This document shows positions 9,901 through 18,687 of a stretch of DNA of 64,000 bases, one piece after another (positions within the stretch are counted from its first letter, which is position 1; each line of letters opens with the position of its first letter). The notes beneath the pieces are model-generated. The model worked only from the letters and a program-made list of their open reading frames with translations, was not told the origin of the DNA and did not search any database. The position numbers and the translations under genes were made by a program. The stretch spans positions 12,914-76,913 of the forward strand of contig CAUJEM010000123.1 in the NCBI GenBank assembly GCA_963169915.1. The letters are read 5' to 3'. The stretch is from Myxococcota bacterium (GTDB lineage Bacteria > Myxococcota_A > Polyangia > Polyangiales > Polyangiaceae).

Positions 9901-10566
9901 TTGACGTCAAGCGTGACCCTCAAGCCCCCGCCCACACCCGGCGCCTCCGAAGCACTCGAGGAGCTCGAGGCAGATGCTCTCGTTTCGGCCCGAGCCGTGT
10001 CTCACGAGCCTACCCCCCGCGCCGTCGTGCGTGAAGAACGCCGCAGCGTCGTCGTGGACGGCGAGGCGGAGGCACGCCCACCTCGGGAGCTAGCCGCGTA
10101 CACCACGGATCGAGCCGCCAAGACCGTCGTCGTCTCTCGCGCGCGCTCCCGACGGCTCCAAGCGTCAGCCCGGGGGCGCTCCTCCAGCTGGAGGGGTTGG
10201 CTCATTTGGGGGAGCGCAGGGCTCGGGGCCTTCGCCCTCGGCGGCGCCTTCTCTCTGCTGTCGCGGAGCAAGACCCCGGAGGCCCCGAGCACCGCCGAGC
10301 CCACGCTGCCCCCGGGGCTCGCCGCGAGTCCTCCTGCGCCGGCGCCCGTGGCCTCTCTGCCGCCAGCAGAGCCCGCCGTGGCCCCCCCTGCGCCCTCCGA
10401 AGAGCGGGTGGCCTCCCCGGAGGATCTCCCGCGCGGGACGGAGGAAGATCCCACGCCGGCCGTGCAAGCGCCGCGCCCCAGCACCAAGCCGCGCCCGAGC
10501 GTCGCCGCGAGCCCCGCCAAGAGCCCGAAGCCTCGGCCGCTCAGCGACATCCCCGATGGGATCTAG
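9901..10566 (+). CDS. Pro/Ala-rich single-pass membrane protein (hypothetical)
   Basis: TTG-initiated ORF (GTG 9913 is an alternative start). One TM (WLIWGSAGLGAFALGGAFSLL) followed by a Pro-rich tail. Low-complexity composition makes the call tentative. Confidence 0.45.
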   Translation: MTSSVTLKPPPTPGASEALEELEADALVSARAVSHEPTPRAVVREERRSVVVDGEAEARPPRELAAYTTDRAAKTVVVSRARSRRLQASARGRSSSWRGWLIWGSAGLGAFALGGAFSLLSRSKTPEAPSTAEPTLPPGLAASPPAPAPVASLPPAEPAVAPPAPSEERVASPEDLPRGTEEDPTPAVQAPRPSTKPRPSVAASPAKSPKPRPLSDIPDGI

Positions 10567-11162
10567 GCTCGGCGCAGCGCGTCTTCCACGAAGTCGAGCC
10601 GGTCTTTACCGAAGTACAGCTCCCCCGCCACGACGAAGCTAGGGGCACCGAACAGCCCGGCGCTCGTCGCGGCGTCCGTCGCGTCGCGCAGCGCCTGCTT
10701 CCCCTCCGGTCGCGCCGCCTGAGCCAGGAGCTGGGGCCCGTCGAGGCCCTCGGCCGCGAGGAGGTCGAGCAGCGCTGGCTCGCTCGCCAGGTCGGCGTCC
10801 TCGACCCAGTAGGCACGAAAGCACCGCTGGATGAACGGCGCGGGGTCCACGCCCCCGCGCTGCAGCGCCAAGGTCACGCGCAGCGCGGTGATGGTGTTCA
10901 GCGGGAAGCGTGACGGGAAGGCGAAGGGGACGCCGTACTTCTTGCTCCAGCGCAACAAGTCCAGCTGTCCCGCGGTCGCCTTCGCGGGGCTCGTCATCCC
11001 GGGCATCTCGGGCACGCCGAGCTGCTTGAACAGGCCCCCCAAGAGGAACGGCCGATAGACGAGCCGGGCCTGGTGTCGGGCCACCAGCTCCGGGAGCTGC
11101 ATGGCTGCGAAGTAGGCGTTGGGGCTGACGTAGTCGAACCAAAACTCTACGGTCTGAGTCAT
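10563..11162 (-). CDS. DsbA-like thioredoxin-fold protein, 2-hydroxychromene-2-carboxylate isomerase family
   Basis: Start at ATG 11162 (MTQTVEFWFDYVSPNAYF...), overlapping the E1 gene stop (ATGA). Tail GLFGAPSFVVAGELYFGKDRLDFV is typical of the HCCA isomerase/DsbA-like family. The track ORF extension to 11636 was rejected. Confidence 0.8.
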   Translation of the reverse strand: MTQTVEFWFDYVSPNAYFAAMQLPELVARHQARLVYRPFLLGGLFKQLGVPEMPGMTSPAKATAGQLDLLRWSKKYGVPFAFPSRFPLNTITALRVTLALQRGGVDPAPFIQRCFRAYWVEDADLASEPALLDLLAAEGLDGPQLLAQAARPEGKQALRDATDAATSAGLFGAPSFVVAGELYFGKDRLDFVEDALRRA

Positions 11163-13357
11163 CCGTGCGTCTCCGGTGTGGGCGTTGGGGGCGAGGGGGG
11201 CAGCTCCAAGAGCTGCAGCGCGGCGGCGTAGACCTCGTCTTCGTCGAGTAGGACGAGGTGCGCTGCCTCCCCCAAGGGGATGAAGCAGTCGGCCGAGCAC
11301 ACGCGCGCGGCGCGGACCGTGCTGCCGGCGTCCAGCAGCGCGGCGGCCAGCGCCTCGGAGGGGCTCCCGCTGCGGCGCGCTTCGTCCACGATGAGCAGCC
11401 GCCCCGTCGCGCCGGCGTGCTCCAGCACGTCCGCGATGGGGAGCGGGACGAGCCAGCGCAGATCCAGCACGCGGCAGCTCTTGCCGTGCTCTTGCTGGAG
11501 GCGCCGCGCGACGCGGAGGCTCATGGCGACGCCGTTGCCGTAGCTCACGAGCGTGAGATCGCGTCCCTGCGCGTGATAGACGCGCGCGCGGAGCGGATCT
11601 GCGGCGGGGACCGACGGCGCCCCCTGCGCGAGCCACTCGCCGTCGTTCGGCTCGTAGAGATCCCGCTGGTGGTAGAGCGCGATGGGCTCGACCATCACCA
11701 CCACGCGGCGCGCCTCGCGCATCATCCCGAAGGCGGCGCGGTACATGGCCCAGGCGTCGTCCGCGCGCGCCGGCACGCCGACGACCAGCCCTGGGACGTC
11801 GCGCAGCACGGCCAGGGAGTTGTCGTTGTGGAAGTGCCCGCCGAAGCCGCGCTGGTAGCCCAGCCCCGCGATCCTCACGAGCATGGGGTTGTCGTAGGCG
11901 CCCTGTGAGAAAAACGGGAGCGTGGCGGCTTCACCGCGCAGCTGATCTTCGGCGTTGTGGAGGTAGGCCAGGTATTGGATCTCCGGGATGGGCAGCAGCC
12001 CCGCGCTGGCGGCGCCCAGGGCCATGCCCAAGATGGTCTGCTCGTCCAGCAAGGTGTTGAACACCCGCGCCGGCCCGCCGCGCTGGAGCAAGCCGCGCGT
12101 CAAGCCGTAGACCCCGCCCTTCTTCGCGACGTCTTCTCCGAAGAGCAGCGCCTCCGGGAACGTGTCCAGCGCTCCGGCGAGCGCGCCGTTGATGGCTTGC
12201 GCGAGCGTCTGGGGTGCCTCGGGCGCGCTGCCCAGCGGCGGGGCGCCGCGCGCGGCGTGGTCGAGCGGGACCGGGCTCACGAGCGGCGCCATCACCGCCG
12301 CGCGTGACGTCAGGCGCGGCCACGCCCCCGCCTGCTCCGCCTTCAGGGTGACCTCGCGCTCGAGCCGCGCGTCGAGCTCCAGCACCTCCGCGGCGGAGGC
12401 GAGGCCCCGCTCGACGAGCCAGCACGCCGCGCGGGTGACCGGATCTCGCTCGAGGACGGCCTCCAGCTCCGCGGGGCTGCGGTACGTGGTGTCGACGTCG
12501 CTGCCGGCGTGGCCGAGCAGGCGCGCGCAGCTCAGGTGCAGGACCGCGGCGCGCCGGGTCTGTCGGACGTAGCGGACGGCCGCCTCCGCGCCGAGGAGCA
12601 CCTGCTCGAGCTCCCAGGCTCGCGCGCTGAAGACCTCCAGGTGCGGCAGCGCGGCGAGCCGCGTCTGGACCCAGCCCTCCGGCGTCCGCACGCTGATGCC
12701 GAGCCCGTTGTCCTCGCAGACGAACAGGGTGGGCAAGGTCAGGTTCTGGTGGAGCACCCAGCTCGCCGCGTTGAGCGCGCCCTGAGCGGTGCTGTGGTTG
12801 AGGCTGGCGTCTCCGAAGCTCGCCACGACCAAGGCGTCGGGGGGCTCCTGCGCCGACAGCCGGAGCTTGCGGCGGCGCTCGAGCGCCAGCGCGAGGCCCA
12901 CGGCGCGCGGCAAGTGCGAGGCGATGGTGCTCGTGGCGGGCTGGATCCCGAGGTGCTTGCCGCCGAAGACCTTGTGCCGGCCGCCGCTGATGGGATCTTC
13001 CGTGGAGGCCACGAGCGAGGCCAAGATGTCTCGCACCGGGTCGCCGGTGCCCGCTTGCCGCGCCCGCTCGAGCTGAAAGCCGGCGCTCCGGTAGTGCAGC
13101 AGCGCAGGATCGGTGACGCGCGTGAGGCGCCCGAGCACCGCGTTGGCCTCATGGCCGGAGCTGCAGATGGTGTAGTGCCCCAAGCCCGCCTGGCGTAGCT
13201 GATGGGCGGCGACGTCCAGGTGACGGGCGAGGAGCATGGACTCCAGCAGCTCCAGCGCGGTGGCGCGCGGGACCGAGGAGGCGGGGGCGGAGCCCTTGGC
13301 GCCGGCGACTCGAGCGCGCAGGTGGCTGACGAGGGCTTGGATGCGCTCGAGGGACAT
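11159..13357 (-). CDS. Thiamine-diphosphate-dependent 2-oxoacid dehydrogenase E1 component, fused alpha-beta
   Basis: 732 aa. Alpha-like half with TPP-binding pattern (SFGDASLNHSTAQGALNAA). Beta-like half (LFGEDVAKKGGVYGLTRGL...FNTLLDEQTILGMALGAA). Confidence 0.85.
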   Translation of the reverse strand: MSLERIQALVSHLRARVAGAKGSAPASSVPRATALELLESMLLARHLDVAAHQLRQAGLGHYTICSSGHEANAVLGRLTRVTDPALLHYRSAGFQLERARQAGTGDPVRDILASLVASTEDPISGGRHKVFGGKHLGIQPATSTIASHLPRAVGLALALERRRKLRLSAQEPPDALVVASFGDASLNHSTAQGALNAASWVLHQNLTLPTLFVCEDNGLGISVRTPEGWVQTRLAALPHLEVFSARAWELEQVLLGAEAAVRYVRQTRRAAVLHLSCARLLGHAGSDVDTTYRSPAELEAVLERDPVTRAACWLVERGLASAAEVLELDARLEREVTLKAEQAGAWPRLTSRAAVMAPLVSPVPLDHAARGAPPLGSAPEAPQTLAQAINGALAGALDTFPEALLFGEDVAKKGGVYGLTRGLLQRGGPARVFNTLLDEQTILGMALGAASAGLLPIPEIQYLAYLHNAEDQLRGEAATLPFFSQGAYDNPMLVRIAGLGYQRGFGGHFHNDNSLAVLRDVPGLVVGVPARADDAWAMYRAAFGMMREARRVVVMVEPIALYHQRDLYEPNDGEWLAQGAPSVPAADPLRARVYHAQGRDLTLVSYGNGVAMSLRVARRLQQEHGKSCRVLDLRWLVPLPIADVLEHAGATGRLLIVDEARRSGSPSEALAAALLDAGSTVRAARVCSADCFIPLGEAAHLVLLDEDEVYAAALQLLELPPSPPTPTPETHG

Positions 13358-13369
13358 GGTGGGCGGGGC

Positions 13370-13750
13370 TCAGGGCGCGAGCAGCTGGCGCGCCCAGGCG
13401 AGCGCGGCGGGCTCGCTTCGGAACACGGCGGTCGTAGAGGGGAGCGGCGCCACCGTCAAGATGGCCCGCACCACCCCATGCGTGACCACGGTGGGCATCA
13501 CGAATCCGATGCCTCGGCTGTAGCGCTGCATGCGCGCGTGCTCTTGTCGGATCCACTGGGTCTGGAGCCGAACGTGTAAGCTGCGCGTCATGGGGACGTT
13601 GGGTGCAGCGATGAGGAGCGTGACGTGCGGCTCGCCACGGTCGAGGTGCCTACTGACGGAGTCTAGGTAGTGCTGGAACTCCGCGTCCGTCACCTGGCCC
13701 TCGAAGCGCACGAGCAGCAAGGGCCACTGATGGCCGTCGACCTCGATCAC
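13370..13750 (-). CDS. Hypothetical protein (start uncertain)
   Basis: The coding-looking C-terminal part of ORF 13370..14254 (QWPLLLVRFEGQVTDAEFQHYLDSVSRHL...). The ORF upstream of about 13840 is antisense to the sigma gene. No ATG lies near the start; GTG 13750 is the first plausible start. Confidence 0.45.
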   Translation of the reverse strand: MIEVDGHQWPLLLVRFEGQVTDAEFQHYLDSVSRHLDRGEPHVTLLIAAPNVPMTRSLHVRLQTQWIRQEHARMQRYSRGIGFVMPTVVTHGVVRAILTVAPLPSTTAVFRSEPAALAWARQLLAP

Positions 13751-13897
13751 CGGCCCAGCATACCTCAGGTGCCAGGATTTCCGAGGGCGGGGAGCGGGTG
13801 TACCCCAGAGGGGGTCGAGGGCGACATGGGTGGTGACTTTCAGCCGCCGACCGAGAGAATCATCGTCGTCGGTCACAAACGAGCGGGAGGCAGCCAC

Positions 13898-14503
13898 ATG
13901 GCAGACGGAGAAGCGATGGGCGCTGAGAGCATGGTGATGGTGGCCGAGGAGGGCTCGGCGGGGGTGGAGCCCGCCGACCGGGCCGTCGTCGAGGCCATCG
14001 CGCGGGGGGATGGACGGGGGGCGCTGATGCTGTGCGCTCGCCAGCACGGCGCGGCGCTCGGGCGGCTCTGCATGGCGCTGCTCGGCGTGCGCGGAGAAGC
14101 GGAGGACGTGACCCAGGAGACGCTCTTGGACGCCTACGGCGGCTTCGCGTCGTTCCGGGGGGAGGGCAGCCTCCGCGCGTGGCTCTTCGCCATCGCGCGC
14201 AGAAAGTGCGCTCGCCAGCTCGAGCGCCGGGGCAAGCATGAGGCGCGGCTTCACCTCGTCACGTCCCAGGAGGCCGAGCCCGGCGGGGAGGAGGCCCTGG
14301 CGCGTAAGCAGCGGGCGGCGCGCGGGCGCCGCCTCCTCGAGCAGCTACGCCCGAGTGAGCGTGAGGCGGTGCTGCTGCGCTTCGAGGCGGAGCTGAGCTT
14401 CCGTGAGATCGCCGAGGTGTGCGGCATCGACGAGGCGGCGGCGCGCAAGCGGGTCTCGCGGGCCTTGGCCCGCCTCCGTGAGGCATCCCAAGCAGAGGAG
14501 TGA
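13898..14503 (+). CDS. ECF RNA polymerase sigma factor
   Basis: ATG 13898 inside ORF 13670..14503. Region 2 (DVTQETLLDAYGGFASFRGEGSLRAWLFAIARRKC) and region 4 (LSFREIAEVCGIDEAAARKRVSRALARLR). Confidence 0.85.
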   Translation: MADGEAMGAESMVMVAEEGSAGVEPADRAVVEAIARGDGRGALMLCARQHGAALGRLCMALLGVRGEAEDVTQETLLDAYGGFASFRGEGSLRAWLFAIARRKCARQLERRGKHEARLHLVTSQEAEPGGEEALARKQRAARGRRLLEQLRPSEREAVLLRFEAELSFREIAEVCGIDEAAARKRVSRALARLREASQAEE

Positions 14504-14506
14504 GCC

Positions 14507-17500
14507 ATGATGGGCGATGTGGACGACATCCGATGCGAAGAGATCGAGCGCTCGCTCGCCACGCTGCTGGAGCCTGAGCTCGACGAGCGGTGGCTCGAGC
14601 ACCTGGCGGACTGCTCACGCTGTCGAGACCTTCGCTATGACGTCGAGCGACTCGTCGAGCAGGTGCGGGACGCAGGCGCAGATTTCCAGCCCTCCGCGGC
14701 GCTGGAGGAGCGCTTGGCGGCCGCGCTGGCGGCGCGGGAGCAGGCACCGAGCGGAGGCGGCGACGCGCCGGCGCCGGCCGCGGTGCCCCCGCCTTCGGGG
14801 CCGGCCGCGGAGGAGGAGCACGCCGAGCCCGCGCCGAGGGCCGCCCGCGCCACGGATGAGCCGCCTGCGCCGCCCGCGCCGCCCGCGCCACCCCTGGCTC
14901 CGCGGCCGGCCTCTCCCCGCGCTCCTCAGGAGCAGCGTGGCCCCGGCCTCCCGGGCCCTTGGCGGCGCTTCGGCGTCCTCGCGCTGGTGGCGGCGGCGGG
15001 GGCGGCGCTCTGGTGGCGCGCTCGTGAGGTGCCGCCGCAGCCGCCCGTGGCCAGCGCGGCGGACTGGCAGGGGACGCTCACGGCCGTGCGTGCGCCGCTC
15101 GGCGCCGGCGAAGGCGGCGTGAAGCTCTGTCCCGAGCCGGCGGCGCCGTGCACGGCGCTGGCTCCAGGCTCGAGCGTGCCCGCGGGCGTCACGCTCCGTA
15201 CCGAGGGCGACACCTTGGCGGAGGTGAAGCTCACCGATGGGAGCGTGGTGCAGCTCGAGCGGGGGACGGAGCTGAGCTTCGGCGTGGGGCGGAGCCTGCG
15301 GCTGAGCCACGGTGAGCTCGTGGTGGACATCGCGAAGGCCGAGGCCCCTGCCACCTTGCAGCTCCCGCGTGGCCGGGTGGAGGTCCTGGGCACCAAGCTG
15401 GGGCTGAGCGCCGGCCCGGAGCTCAGTGAGGTGGAGGTGAGCCGTGGGAGCGTTCGCCTGGTGGACGCCCAGGAGCGCAGCGTGGTCGTGCGCGCCGGTG
15501 AGCTCGGGCGGCTCCAAGCGGGGGCGCCTCCACGGGTCGAGTCCTCCCCCAACCTCGCCAGCGCGCTCGCGTGGAGCGAGGCGCTGCGTGACCGAGACGA
15601 CGAGGTGAAAGACCCGCGCGGGCTCGGGGAGCTGCGCGCCAAGCGCCCTGGGACGACGGAGGAGCGCGCGGACGCCGTCACCTTGGAGCAGCACCACGTC
15701 AAGGTGCGCATCACCGGCGCCGTGGCTCGCACCGAGGTCACCGAGGTGTTCCGTAACCAGACCGACGACGTGCTGGAGGGCATCTTCCGCTTCCCGCTCC
15801 CGCCAGACGCCAAGATCGAGCGGCTGGCGCTGGAGGTGGACGGCAAGTGGGAGGAGGGCGCCTTCGTCGACCGTGACCGCGCCGCCGCCATTTGGCGTGG
15901 CGCCATCACCGCGGGCGCGCCCCAGAGGCGCCCGCCGCCGCAAGAGGAGATCGTCTGGGTCCCTGGCCCGTGGCGTGATCCAGCGCTCCTCGAGTGGCAG
16001 CGCGGCGGCCGCTTCGAGCTGCGGATCTTCCCCATCCCTCGGCGTGGCGCCCGCAAGATCGCCCTGGCCTACACGCAGGTGGTGGCGCCCAGCGCCGGCA
16101 GCCGTCGCTACGTCTACCCGCTGGCGCACGACAGGAGCGGGAAGCTGACCGTCGCAGATTTCTCGGTGGACGTGCAGCTCCGTGGGTACGACCGCGACTA
16201 CCCCGTGCTCGCCAAGGGCTACCCCCTGAGGCAGGACCTGGCGCCCGACGTGGCGCAGCTCAGCTACTCCCGTACCAGCTTTCAGCCGAGCGGTGATCTC
16301 TTGGTGGAGTACGCGCTCGCGGAGCGCGACGCCGAGCTGAGCGCGTGGAGCTTCAGCACCGGCGCGGCGCCGCAGCCCTCACCCGGTGCGCCGACCGGCG
16401 CCGTGGAGACCCCGCCCAGCGGCGCGTTCGTGGCGCTCGCGCTGCGACCGAGGCTCCCCCGAGCGGAGCGCGCCACACCGCTGCGCCTGATGGTGACCCT
16501 CGACTCCAGCCGCAGCATGTTCGGAGAGAGCTTCCAGCGGGCCGCCCGCCTCGCGGCGCGGACGGTCGCGGAGCTCTCGGAGCAGGACGAGGTGGGGCTC
16601 ATGTGGTGTGCCACGCGCTGCCGGCGGTGGGATCAGGGCTTCGTCCCCGGTGGCCCCGGCGCCGCGACGCTCGTGGAGCAGGCCGCCCTCGGCGTCACCC
16701 CGGAGGGCGCCTCCGATCCCGTAGCGGCGGTGCTGGAGGCTCGCGCGGCGGTGCGGGGTGCCGGCGACTACGATGAGCGCGTGCTGTTGATCGGCGACGG
16801 GACGCCGACGGCGGGGCCCATCCGTCCGGCCTCGATCGAGCGCAGCTTGAGGCGGGGCGAGCGTGGCGCCGCCGTCATCGCCGTGGGCGTCGGGGTCGCG
16901 TCCGATAGTGAGTCGCTCGCAGCCCTGGCGCGAGGCGGCGGGGGCGCGGCGCTGCCCTGGATCTCGGGTGAGACGCTCGCGGAGGCGAGCTACCGGGTGC
17001 TCTCGACGCTGCGCGGGAGCGTCTTGCGAGACGTCACCGTGGACTTGCCGCCCGGCGCCACCGAGATCACGCCCGCGCGGCTGGACTCCATGATCGCAGG
17101 AGGCGAGCTGATCGTCGCGGCGCGGCTGGAGCGACCCACCCTCCAGGGGGACGTGGTGGTGCGGGGGCGGGTGGGGCAGCAGCCCTTCGAGCGTCGCATC
17201 CCGCTCGCGCTGACCGCCACGTCCGCGGCCGGTCACGCCTTCGTCCCGCGCCTCTGGGCGGGGACCCGGCTGGTGGATCTCGAGCGTGATGGCAGCGCAG
17301 AGGCGCGCCGAGAGGCCGTGCTGCTCTCCAGCAGCTTCGACGTGGCCAGCAAGTACACCTCGTTGCTCGTGCTGGAGAGCCCGGCCATGTTCCGTGCCTT
17401 CGGCCTCGACAACCGCCGAAGCTTGCCGGAGTTCACGGGGGAGGCCGCCCTCGAGACGGTGAGCGCGTCGGGTGAGCCCGTGGAGGAGCTGGCCTCGGCC

Positions 17501-18622
17501 GAGGAGGAGTCCGCGGCGGCGAGCGACGGTGATGGCGTGCCAGCCGTCGCGGCCAAGAAGAGCGCCTCGGAGCGCCCCATGGGCTTCGGGTCGGCCGCGC
17601 CCGCGCCCGCGTCAACGGTGGCGCGTGGCGCCGTCGACAGCGCGTCGCGCCCCCTCGGCTGGGACGACGTCCCGCGTGAGCGTCAGGTGCCCATGCGGCG
17701 GATCTGGAAGCGGCGCGGCAGCATCGAGGTGGGGGCGGCGCGGCCACGCGCGGCCGGACCGACGCAGATCGCCGCCGCGGAGCGCGCGGCGCGCGAGCGC
17801 CCCGAGAGCCGCGACGCGCTGAAGCAGCTCTACCAGCTCTACGCCATCGCCGGGGACGTCGAGCGCGCCGCTCCGCTGGCCGAGCGCTGGGCCGAGAAGG
17901 AGCCGCTGGATCCGGAGGCCTTGACGGCGCGGGCCGATCTGGCGGCGCGCCGGGGCCAGCGTGACGAGGCCCTGCTGGGGCTCGGCAGCGTGGTGGACGT
18001 ACGCCCGGGCGACATCAAGGCACAGCAGCGGCTCGCGCGGCTCTGGCGCTGGGCGGGGCGCCCGGAGCTCGGGTGCCGGCACTCCCAAGCGGTGAGCGAG
18101 CTGCACCCATCGAACGTCGCGCTGCTGGTCGACGCCGTGCGCTGCCTGCGCCGCACCGGCGACGAGGCCAGCGCCGACGGCGCGCTGAGCGCCGCGGAGG
18201 AGCCCGTGCGGCGCGCGGCCGAGCGCCGGCTCGAGGCGCCGAGCGACGACGCCGAGGTGCTCAGCGGCGACCTGCGGATCGAGGCGAGCTGGTCGGCGGA
18301 CGTCGATCTCGATCTGTCCCTCATGCACCCGCGCGGTCACCGGGTCTCTTGGCTGGGCGCGCCGACGCGTGAGGTCATCACCGCGCGCGACGTGCTCCGA
18401 CGTGGCGCGGAGGGGCTCGCGCTCCGCGGCGCGGAGCCCGGCGACTACACGGTGGAGATCCTCCGCGCGGCGCCCGGAGGCGGTCCGGTCAGCGGCAGCG
18501 TCAGCCTCGAGGTCGCGGGGGTGCGGCGGACCATCCCCTTCGTCCTGACGGGGGAGCGCACGCAGGTCGCCCTCGTGAGCGTCAAGCTGGTCCCGGAGCT
18601 CGTCCCCCTCCGCGGGTGGTGA
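14507..18622 (+). CDS. Giant anti-sigma factor: zf-HC2, TM, FecR-like, VIT, VWA, TPR-like and a C-terminal beta domain
   Basis: 1371 aa, starting 4 nt after the sigma stop. HLADCSRC (HxxxCxxC). TM FGVLALVAAAGAALWW. VIT-like VKVRITGAVARTEVTEVFRNQTDDVLEGIFRFPLP. VWA-like LMVTLDSSRSMFG. Helical repeats near residues 1130-1230. Confidence 0.85.
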   Translation: MMGDVDDIRCEEIERSLATLLEPELDERWLEHLADCSRCRDLRYDVERLVEQVRDAGADFQPSAALEERLAAALAAREQAPSGGGDAPAPAAVPPPSGPAAEEEHAEPAPRAARATDEPPAPPAPPAPPLAPRPASPRAPQEQRGPGLPGPWRRFGVLALVAAAGAALWWRAREVPPQPPVASAADWQGTLTAVRAPLGAGEGGVKLCPEPAAPCTALAPGSSVPAGVTLRTEGDTLAEVKLTDGSVVQLERGTELSFGVGRSLRLSHGELVVDIAKAEAPATLQLPRGRVEVLGTKLGLSAGPELSEVEVSRGSVRLVDAQERSVVVRAGELGRLQAGAPPRVESSPNLASALAWSEALRDRDDEVKDPRGLGELRAKRPGTTEERADAVTLEQHHVKVRITGAVARTEVTEVFRNQTDDVLEGIFRFPLPPDAKIERLALEVDGKWEEGAFVDRDRAAAIWRGAITAGAPQRRPPPQEEIVWVPGPWRDPALLEWQRGGRFELRIFPIPRRGARKIALAYTQVVAPSAGSRRYVYPLAHDRSGKLTVADFSVDVQLRGYDRDYPVLAKGYPLRQDLAPDVAQLSYSRTSFQPSGDLLVEYALAERDAELSAWSFSTGAAPQPSPGAPTGAVETPPSGAFVALALRPRLPRAERATPLRLMVTLDSSRSMFGESFQRAARLAARTVAELSEQDEVGLMWCATRCRRWDQGFVPGGPGAATLVEQAALGVTPEGASDPVAAVLEARAAVRGAGDYDERVLLIGDGTPTAGPIRPASIERSLRRGERGAAVIAVGVGVASDSESLAALARGGGGAALPWISGETLAEASYRVLSTLRGSVLRDVTVDLPPGATEITPARLDSMIAGGELIVAARLERPTLQGDVVVRGRVGQQPFERRIPLALTATSAAGHAFVPRLWAGTRLVDLERDGSAEARREAVLLSSSFDVASKYTSLLVLESPAMFRAFGLDNRRSLPEFTGEAALETVSASGEPVEELASAEEESAAASDGDGVPAVAAKKSASERPMGFGSAAPAPASTVARGAVDSASRPLGWDDVPRERQVPMRRIWKRRGSIEVGAARPRAAGPTQIAAAERAARERPESRDALKQLYQLYAIAGDVERAAPLAERWAEKEPLDPEALTARADLAARRGQRDEALLGLGSVVDVRPGDIKAQQRLARLWRWAGRPELGCRHSQAVSELHPSNVALLVDAVRCLRRTGDEASADGALSAAEEPVRRAAERRLEAPSDDAEVLSGDLRIEASWSADVDLDLSLMHPRGHRVSWLGAPTREVITARDVLRRGAEGLALRGAEPGDYTVEILRAAPGGGPVSGSVSLEVAGVRRTIPFVLTGERTQVALVSVKLVPELVPLRGW

Positions 18623-18631
18623 GGGCGCGCA

Positions 18632-18655
18632 CGCCGCCACCTCCCCGTGGCGGCG
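18632..18655 (+). terminator. GC-rich hairpin between the anti-sigma gene and pgsB (possible terminator or attenuator)
   Basis: cgccgccac (18632-18640) pairs perfectly with gtggcggcg (18647-18655) across a 6-nt loop. No U-tract follows. Confidence 0.3.
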
Positions 18656-18687
18656 GCGGGGTACTAGGCGACCCCGGCAGGCATGGT

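Noticed and set aside
14615-18640. Minus-strand ORFs 14615..16129 (504 aa), 14926..16056 and 17612..18640 (342 aa) opposite the giant anti-sigma gene.
   Set aside because: They are Arg/Pro/Ala-rich shadows. The plus-strand frame carries zf-HC2, VIT and VWA motifs continuously.
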